The notes under the pieces: generated by a model
What the model saw: the letters and a program-made list of their open reading frames with translations, nothing else
Told to the model about the DNA's origin: nothing
The model's database searches: none
Assembly (NCBI GenBank): GCA_965216875.1
Contig: OZ244207.1
Coordinates: 2,112,001-2,176,000, forward strand
DNA: 64,000 bases
DNA from: Rubripirellula sp.
GTDB taxonomy: Bacteria > Planctomycetota > Planctomycetia > Pirellulales > Pirellulaceae
Direction: 5' to 3'
Program-made: the position numbers and the translations under genes
In this document: positions 57,882-64,000 of the stretch, piece after piece
Numbering within the stretch: the first letter of the stretch is position 1
How the letters are laid out: each line of letters opens with the position of its first letter

Positions 57882-59327
57882 CTACCAAGCGAGTGCCGAA
57901 TCGGTCAACTTGCCCTCGAGCCCGAGCAACGAAAGGAGCAAAAACCCGGTGCCATCGGCCGCGTCGCAGCGATCTTCCCCGGTGTGCCCCCGAAACATTC
58001 CCATCCGCTTCACGAAAAGTTCCTCCATCGCTCGTTCGGCGGCCATCCGAGCCAAGTCCTTCAAATCGTCTTGTTCGAACACGTCACCCGCGCGGTCAAG
58101 AAAATGAATGGCCCGTCCAAAGTCCTCGGCAAAGACAACCGCCTCGAAGTCTCCCGCGATCTGCTCGGCGATCATCTTGATCCACCGGTCGACCGCTGTC
58201 CGGTAAACCGGAGATTCGGTTTCGAGCCAAAGTGACAAACAGGTCTCGGCCATTGGCAACGGAAAGTGACCGCTGGGCCGCACGCCAGCATCGAACGGAT
58301 CGGCATGCATTGGAGGAACACCGCTGACGCTTTCCTCACGGGAATGCGGTTTTCCTGTTTCTGGCAACAATGCACCAAAGTAGGCGTCGGCGTCGGGATC
58401 GTACGCGCGCTCAAGCCAAGCACGCATCGCTTCATCAGCCATGTTCAAGAACTCAACTTGCTCCGTTCGCTCATACGCCCGCACGAGACTCCCCGACCAC
58501 AGCCCAATCGAGGTTGTCGCCAAATGTCTGCCGCCCAAAGACTCAGCAAGCAACCGTGTCTTTGCATCTCGCGTCCCAAACCGCTGCCGTGCTAGTTCGA
58601 GTGCGGATTTGACGAGCGCCGGTTCTACCGGATCACTCTGAACCGCCAGCCAGGTGAGTGAATCGATCACCACCGCATCGTGCGCGATCGAAACGTGATC
58701 AGTCGTTGCGCGGTCGAGCCGCCTGTTCGCCATGCCCATGATCGCACGACGCGTCTTTTCGTTGTCAACTTTCCAGAACGTTTCCCAAGCAGGCGTGTGC
58801 GGCTGAAGTCCCATCGCGTCGCGCTTCCAAACGAGCTCGTCTTCGGTGACGTCATAGCATCCACGATGCCCCCAACCGAACTCACCCGTCTTCTCGTCGA
58901 CACACCACTCGAGAAAGTCTCGAATGTACGCATCGGCGGCGTCTTCATAGCAGGCACACCCCGAACGCTGGGCAAGCTTGTAGGCTGCGACGATCGTCGC
59001 CTGGTCCCAGTAGAGGTTCGCGTTCCCTCCAGTTGGAGAATCATTGCGCCACCGCGCGTGTTTTGGAGACAACGGCTTTGGCAGTCCATTCGTGCGGACA
59101 TCAATTGCAGCCAACCACATTGGCGTCTCCTCGTCGCCCAATTGATCGGTCGAATGCTCGGTTAGGTAATCCATGTGTGACTCGATCGCTTGAAAAAACT
59201 TCGAAGCCTTCTGAGTCGTTGGTACCAGGATTGGTTCATCCCCCTCGGCCCGACCGCAGGCCACCGCCGCAACGCAGGCGACCACGGCAATGAAAACTGA
59301 GAGCGACAGGAGGGACCTGGAATACAT
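57882..59327 (-). CDS. exported alpha/alpha-barrel protein, polysaccharide lyase family 2-like
   Basis: Signal peptide; NLYWDQ..AYKL..Y..AADAYI..F...GEFGWGH resembles the N-terminal half of periplasmic pectate lyases (recognised by eye). Confidence 0.55.
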   Translation of the reverse strand: MYSRSLLSLSVFIAVVACVAAVACGRAEGDEPILVPTTQKASKFFQAIESHMDYLTEHSTDQLGDEETPMWLAAIDVRTNGLPKPLSPKHARWRNDSPTGGNANLYWDQATIVAAYKLAQRSGCACYEDAADAYIRDFLEWCVDEKTGEFGWGHRGCYDVTEDELVWKRDAMGLQPHTPAWETFWKVDNEKTRRAIMGMANRRLDRATTDHVSIAHDAVVIDSLTWLAVQSDPVEPALVKSALELARQRFGTRDAKTRLLAESLGGRHLATTSIGLWSGSLVRAYERTEQVEFLNMADEAMRAWLERAYDPDADAYFGALLPETGKPHSREESVSGVPPMHADPFDAGVRPSGHFPLPMAETCLSLWLETESPVYRTAVDRWIKMIAEQIAGDFEAVVFAEDFGRAIHFLDRAGDVFEQDDLKDLARMAAERAMEELFVKRMGMFRGHTGEDRCDAADGTGFLLLSLLGLEGKLTDSALAW

Positions 59328-59537
59328 GGCAAATTCGTTAGATTCGGAAAGGCGCTGACTTCATTTTCAACGCCATAGCGATCAATGTACCAGCTCCGAC
59401 GCGGACCATTTTTTGACGACCTGCTTGACGCCGCAGGCGACGGATCTGGATTTGTTAGCTGCTACAACCGTGCGAGCTATACTTTGATGCCGAAGCCCCT
59501 GGGGAAAGCGGATAGCGGAAACACCGACGACGACATC

Positions 59538-60734
59538 ATGGCCAAAACATCGAAAAAGTCACGCTCGACCAAAGCGAATAAGTCCAGCAAGACTTCCAAG
59601 TCCTCCCGTTCGCAAAAACGAAATTCCAAGTCGACGCGGAGAGTTGCCGAAGGTGACGTGACTGGCGAAAAGACAGGGCACGAGGTCGAAAAGGTCAAAG
59701 TCAAGGAGGCCGTTTCGGCGGCGCAGCACTCAAAGATCGAAGCAGTGCGCGACATCGTCGACAAAACACCTCCGCACGACATCCACACGCTCGCCAAGAC
59801 GCTCGAAGCCATCATCGACGGCGCTTCCCCCGACGATGCGACGATCCTTCGCAACGCGCTTCTCAAGAAAGCGTCCCCGCCGGGCGTCCCGCGCTCGCCG
59901 ATTGCGGACGAGCAACTCTCGGCGGAATGGCGTGATGGCGGCTACCCCTACCGCAACTTGATGTCGCGCAAGAACTACGAAAAGCAAAAGTACCGCCTCC
60001 AGGTAGAACTTCTCAAACTGCAAGCCTGGGTCAAGAAGAACGAACAGAAGCTGGTGATCGTTTTCGAAGGTCGTGACGCCGCAGGGAAGGGGGGCACGAT
60101 CAAACGGTTCATGGAACACCTGAATCCTCGTGGTGCTCGCGTTGTCGCCCTTGAAAAACCAACCGAGACGGAAAAGGGCCAGTGGTACTTCCAACGCTAC
60201 GTCCAGCATTTGCCCACCTCGGGCGAGATCGTTTTGTTTGACCGCAGTTGGTACAACCGCGCCGGTGTGGAACGCGTGATGGACTTTTGCACGCCCGACG
60301 AATACGCCGAGTTCATGCGTCAGGCTCCCGAGTTTGAACGCAATCTCGTCCGCAGCGGAACGCACCTGGTCAAGTTCTGGTTCTCAGTCAGCCGCAAAGA
60401 ACAGCGACGTCGATTCAAAGAACGCGAGATCCACCCGCTCAAACAATGGAAGCTGTCGCCAATCGACAAAGCGTCACTCGATAAGTGGAGTGACTACACG
60501 CGTGCAAAAGAAGCGATGTTCTTCTATACCGACACCGCCGATTCGCCATGGACGGTCGTGAAGTCCGATTGCAAGAAACGCGCCCGGCTCAATGCCATGC
60601 GATACGTCCTGCACGCGATGCCCTACAGCGGCAAAGATATCGAATCGATCGGCCCGGTCGACCCGCTGCTCGTGGGGCGAGCCCATGTCGTCTACGAACG
60701 CACTGAAAACGGACGTGTCGGCGAATTGCTCTGA
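59538..60734 (+). CDS. ppk2: polyphosphate kinase 2
   Basis: FEGRDAAGKGG, FDRSWYNRAGVE, WKLSPID; Lys/Ser-rich N-terminal extension. Confidence 0.94.
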   Translation: MAKTSKKSRSTKANKSSKTSKSSRSQKRNSKSTRRVAEGDVTGEKTGHEVEKVKVKEAVSAAQHSKIEAVRDIVDKTPPHDIHTLAKTLEAIIDGASPDDATILRNALLKKASPPGVPRSPIADEQLSAEWRDGGYPYRNLMSRKNYEKQKYRLQVELLKLQAWVKKNEQKLVIVFEGRDAAGKGGTIKRFMEHLNPRGARVVALEKPTETEKGQWYFQRYVQHLPTSGEIVLFDRSWYNRAGVERVMDFCTPDEYAEFMRQAPEFERNLVRSGTHLVKFWFSVSRKEQRRRFKEREIHPLKQWKLSPIDKASLDKWSDYTRAKEAMFFYTDTADSPWTVVKSDCKKRARLNAMRYVLHAMPYSGKDIESIGPVDPLLVGRAHVVYERTENGRVGELL

Positions 60735-60743
60735 GTCGACGAC

Positions 60744-60977
60744 CTAGTCCTCGCTCGTTTCTTTGGCTGCCGCCGCTTTGGCGATCAAGTTGTTCGATCC
60801 AATCAGCAGTCCGACCATCAACATCGGCATAATGATTGGCCAGGGGAACTTGACCGGGCCCGATGCGAACGCGGCAAATCCAAGATGAAACAGGGGCGCG
60901 AGAATCATCGCTGCCAACCACAGGATGGTGTTTTGCTTGATGAGTGCCTTTGCGATCGATTCGTGGTCATTGGTCAT
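60744..60977 (-). CDS. small membrane protein
   Basis: 77 aa from MTNDHE, two TM segments, GAGAG upstream. Confidence 0.6.
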   Translation of the reverse strand: MTNDHESIAKALIKQNTILWLAAMILAPLFHLGFAAFASGPVKFPWPIIMPMLMVGLLIGSNNLIAKAAAAKETSED

Positions 60978-61235
60978 TTCAAACACTCTCAAGTTTGCCG
61001 AGCCAAAAAGGCACGTGCTTGCCGCACGCGTCAATAGCGTCTGAGTATAGCCAACCGCATGCGGCGACAGAACGTTTGATGTCTCGTACCCTGCGTTCAG
61101 GCCGCTATTCCATCCAAGCAACTTCTTATGAAACTCATGAAGTGGCCGTGAGCCGCTGGCCGTAAGGCCTCGGACCTTGCCTCACGCGCATTGGTTAGGC
61201 CACTTGAACGCCCCGGCCGTGCACACGGTCTCAGC

Positions 61236-62135
61236 TCAGTTGTCACGAACGCGTGTGCCGATCACTCGGTTCACGTATCCGATGATCTCTTTTTCATACT
61301 TTTGTTGATCAAACGCAAGTAGATCGACGTGTGCAGCACCACCGAACAACACGAGCTTTTTGGGCCGGCGCGCAGCATCAAACATTCGACGCGTCTCGTC
61401 GGCAGTTGTATGTTCATCTCGCTCGCCCGAAGCGATCAAGATGGGGCATTGGAGTTCTTCGAGTCCGACGATGGGCCGAAGTTGTTCCTGCGTTACATTT
61501 AGCCGGGGTTTCAATTGCACAAGCAAACAAGGCGTGAGCACGTGATGAAGCGCGCCTAAACGCATCCGAATCCGATTGTGGACCGCCTCAGTGACTGTTG
61601 GATAGACTGATTCCAACACGATCACATCAACGTCAGGATTCGCAAACACGGTCGCTGCGCCGCCGAGAGAACGCCCGATGATGACAATCTTCTGAGTCGC
61701 ATCGATTCCACGAATGAAATCCACAGCGGCACGTACGTCATGCTTTTCGAGGTGCCCCAAAGTGATGTTCTCGCCAATCGACTCGCCATGGGCTTGAAGA
61801 TCAATTAGCAGCGTCGAGTAGCCGCGTTGTCTCAGCAGTTTAGCGCGGGAAAGCATCGAACGCCGGTCACCACGAATTGGGTGCAGCAAGATCGCCGTGG
61901 CGTTCGAGTTCGGAACTTGCAGGTGCCAGCCGGCCAGCGTCGAACCTGAATCAGAACGGATTTGCACAGACGCAGCAGGAAAGTCAGCAGGTGGACTACC
62001 TACGGATCTGTTAGCCGATGCGATTAACGCGCCGCCGACCAACCAAGTGCCCAGCCCCATCACGACGACAGAAACAGTCGCGATGATGATGCACCACTTT
62101 CGACGGCGCACCGTCAAGAATTCCCTGTTGGTCAT
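61236..62135 (-). CDS. membrane-anchored alpha/beta hydrolase
   Basis: N-terminal TM, DLQAHGES, GRSLG nucleophile elbow, D (GERD) and H (AAHVD). Confidence 0.88.
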   Translation of the reverse strand: MTNREFLTVRRRKWCIIIATVSVVVMGLGTWLVGGALIASANRSVGSPPADFPAASVQIRSDSGSTLAGWHLQVPNSNATAILLHPIRGDRRSMLSRAKLLRQRGYSTLLIDLQAHGESIGENITLGHLEKHDVRAAVDFIRGIDATQKIVIIGRSLGGAATVFANPDVDVIVLESVYPTVTEAVHNRIRMRLGALHHVLTPCLLVQLKPRLNVTQEQLRPIVGLEELQCPILIASGERDEHTTADETRRMFDAARRPKKLVLFGGAAHVDLLAFDQQKYEKEIIGYVNRVIGTRVRDN

Positions 62136-62171
62136 TGATCAGTCCGAAATCGAAACTGTCGAGTTGCGGCA

Positions 62172-62384
62172 TCATCGGCTCTCATCGTCGGCTGTCGATT
62201 GCGGAGAAGAGCTGGTATCGCTTGGCAAAGAAACCGAGTCGGCCATTTGGGCGTAGTCGCCTCGAAGCCAACGAGCAAGGATGATGAAAGGGCCGAAAAC
62301 CCACACGAGCAAGAAGAGCAGGAAGGAAACCAGGTTGGCAATGGCCTCAAAGAGGATTAGCGGCAGCAAAATGAGGTCGAGCAT
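62172..62384 (-). CDS. small hydrophobic hypothetical protein
   Basis: 70 aa with a long hydrophobic N-terminus; co-oriented with neighbours. Confidence 0.5.
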   Translation of the reverse strand: MLDLILLPLILFEAIANLVSFLLFLLVWVFGPFIILARWLRGDYAQMADSVSLPSDTSSSPQSTADDESR

Positions 62385-62510
62385 TGGCTACTCACGCAAT
62401 TCGCGGTGTCTGACCTTCCCGATCGGGCAGTCTACTCCTCTGTTGTAGCCGAATTCTCTGGCTGGCGTCCAAGGATTTTCAACCGTTTGTCGTACTGCTG
62501 ACTGGGTAGA

Positions 62511-62537
62511 CGCTACTTTCGCGGAGCGAAAGGCGAC
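62511..62537. repeat. REP-like palindrome
   Basis: CTTTCGC-GGA-GCGAAAG stem flanked by CTAC. Confidence 0.5.
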
Positions 62538-62545
62538 ATTGGTGG

Positions 62546-63349
62546 CTATCTGCCTTTTTCACTTCCTTCGATCCACTCGGTCGCTTCTGCAAGCACATCG
62601 TCAAACACATTCTCGATCTCGACAATCTCGGCGTAACTCATTCCTTTCTGTTCAATCAAGAATTCGACGGCGATCCGGTAGCGCAGGTATTGTGGCGGCA
62701 GCATGATCCCATCGTGCAAGTCAACCCATTGAGTGTTGTCTTCGTCCTGATGAGCAACCCGACCCCAGACATGAGAGAGCTGATAATGGGGACGCCGCCG
62801 GTCATCTGAGTGGGCAATGTACTCCGCGTAGCCCTCGCGCTTCCATAAAGCAGTTGACGATGCGGAGACCGTTCCGAAACGCTGGTTCTCGATACAATGC
62901 GTCATCTCATGAGCGAGCGTTCGAACCAGATTCATGCTCAGTACCGGTCCGACGAGCGTTTTCGATTCCCAGTCGATCGCTGCGTCAAGGAAGATCCGGT
63001 TGCCTGACGCCTTCGCCATCACCGGCTTGGCCATCCGATTCTGAATCGCCGCGTAGGTCGTCCCCCTCACTAAGAACACACTCAGCCGAATATCATCGCT
63101 CATCAGTTCCGACGTCTCGACAATTGCGTTTGCTTGCTTCAGGACCTCGCCCCAATCCTGAGTGATCGGCTGGTCGGAATAGACGGTGACCGCGCCAAAG
63201 TTCTCCGAATACGCGAAGCAGATCTGTGGCGAAACGATGACCGTCGCCAATAAGATGGACGGAATCAGTGCGGCGACGAGACCGGCAAACACGACGCGTC
63301 GAAAGAGCCGCTTCGGCTTCATTGCGGGTGAATGCTGGGAATCTGCCAT
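62546..63349 (-). CDS. putative zinc metallopeptidase (gluzincin-like), membrane-anchored
   Basis: TM segment, LAHEMTH (HExxH) and downstream WKREGYAEY. Confidence 0.7.
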   Translation of the reverse strand: MADSQHSPAMKPKRLFRRVVFAGLVAALIPSILLATVIVSPQICFAYSENFGAVTVYSDQPITQDWGEVLKQANAIVETSELMSDDIRLSVFLVRGTTYAAIQNRMAKPVMAKASGNRIFLDAAIDWESKTLVGPVLSMNLVRTLAHEMTHCIENQRFGTVSASSTALWKREGYAEYIAHSDDRRRPHYQLSHVWGRVAHQDEDNTQWVDLHDGIMLPPQYLRYRIAVEFLIEQKGMSYAEIVEIENVFDDVLAEATEWIEGSEKGR

Positions 63350-63579
63350 CGCCAAAACGTCTCGCTCGAACGGTGATGTTGCTCATCTTAGCCTGCGTAG
63401 GCCGGATCAAGAAGCGACAGCGCCCCAGATCCGGAACGACGCGAGAGTGATGCAACCAAGCAGTCCGCGCACGTAACTTTACCCACACGCAACTCTTGCG
63501 GAGCGAAACTCGCCTCCAAGAATCGCAACCTGACCGCGTGGGGAGAATCAATCGCGGCTTTCGCGGAATTGTAATGAGA

Positions 63580-63601
63580 TTCCGGCTGAAGCCGGTACTA
63601 C
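63580..63601. repeat. GTAG-type REP-like palindrome (minus strand)
   Basis: Minus strand GTAGTACCGGCTTCAGCCGGAA, with stem CCGGCT/AGCCGG. Confidence 0.55.
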
Positions 63602-63628
63602 GAACGGCAACGAATCTTGCCAGCCACG

Positions 63629-64000
63629 CTACTCTTGCGACTGGCTGATTTTGATCGCTTGACGCACAAGGTCAACAAACTCCGCTCGGTACCCTTGAGA
63701 ATCCTCACCAATCGAACGTGAGGCCATTTCGAGTGTTGACTCCAGAGACGCGGCACCCTTGTATTGCGATTGCCGCAACACCATCGCGAATGACGCGACA
63801 CTCGAGGCGAACTGAAAATCAGTACTTGCGTCCGCGAAGGGACTCACATCGCTTTCGCAGACGAATTCCAGACGCTTGCTCTTGTCGGCGTCCGGTGCCT
63901 TGTAGCGAATGGCAAGCGTTGCCAACTCGCCCGACTTTGCTGCTTCGGTCAGCGTCGTGTCGGGCTCGGAAGCGCCCTCAACCTGCTCCTTCGCCGGCAG
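63629..64000 (-). CDS. C-terminal part of a YfbK-type VWA protein (DUF3520-like), 5'-truncated
   Basis: LAIRYKAP, DFQFASSVASFAMVLR, GYRAEFVDLV; frame open to the window end. Confidence 0.75.
   Translation of the reverse strand: MPAKEQVEGASEPDTTLTEAAKSGELATLAIRYKAPDADKSKRLEFVCESDVSPFADASTDFQFASSVASFAMVLRQSQYKGAASLESTLEMASRSIGEDSQGYRAEFVDLVRQAIKISQSQE

Noticed and set aside
63629..64000. VWA protein as partner of the double AAA ATPase
   Set aside because: It is 25 kb away and of the YfbK type; nothing in the sequence links the two.

Overview
GC-rich bacterial chromosomal window, very likely from a planctomycete (Pirellulaceae-like), judged from a planctomycete-type LExRxLL export signal, a double-length UvrA, an STK next to an ECF sigma factor, and many intergenic REP-like palindromes. 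It carries about 48 CDS. Housekeeping or stress genes: double uvrA, an S1-domain protein, ychF, lexA, uppP, DUF368, ppk2 and an adenylate-kinase-like protein. Signalling genes: STK-PAS, ECF sigma/anti-sigma, BlaI/M56, two HD-GYP proteins, an HK/sigma-54 activator pair and an orphan OmpR-type regulator. I saw no rRNA, tRNA, CRISPR array, integrase or transposase. The most unusual items lie in an accessory stretch at about 24-42 kb: (i) a stand-alone A-T-TE NRPS-like gene directly followed by a PAPS-dependent sulfotransferase; (ii) a protein made of two near-identical RavA/MoxR-like AAA+ modules, both with an EE Walker B and no neighbouring VWA gene; (iii) two tandem arrays of composite palindromic repeats whose unit length changes in 10-nt steps; (iv) a BlaI/M56 pair with three TCGAA-N4-TTCGA operator candidates. 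Also notable are several apparent pseudo-enzymes (PilB/GspE-like ATPase, HD-GYP, site-2 protease), a nested-hairpin RNA candidate upstream of uvrA, a sigma-54 promoter candidate and a candidate LexA box. All calls come from motif reading by eye; no database searches were run, and several start codons are uncertain.
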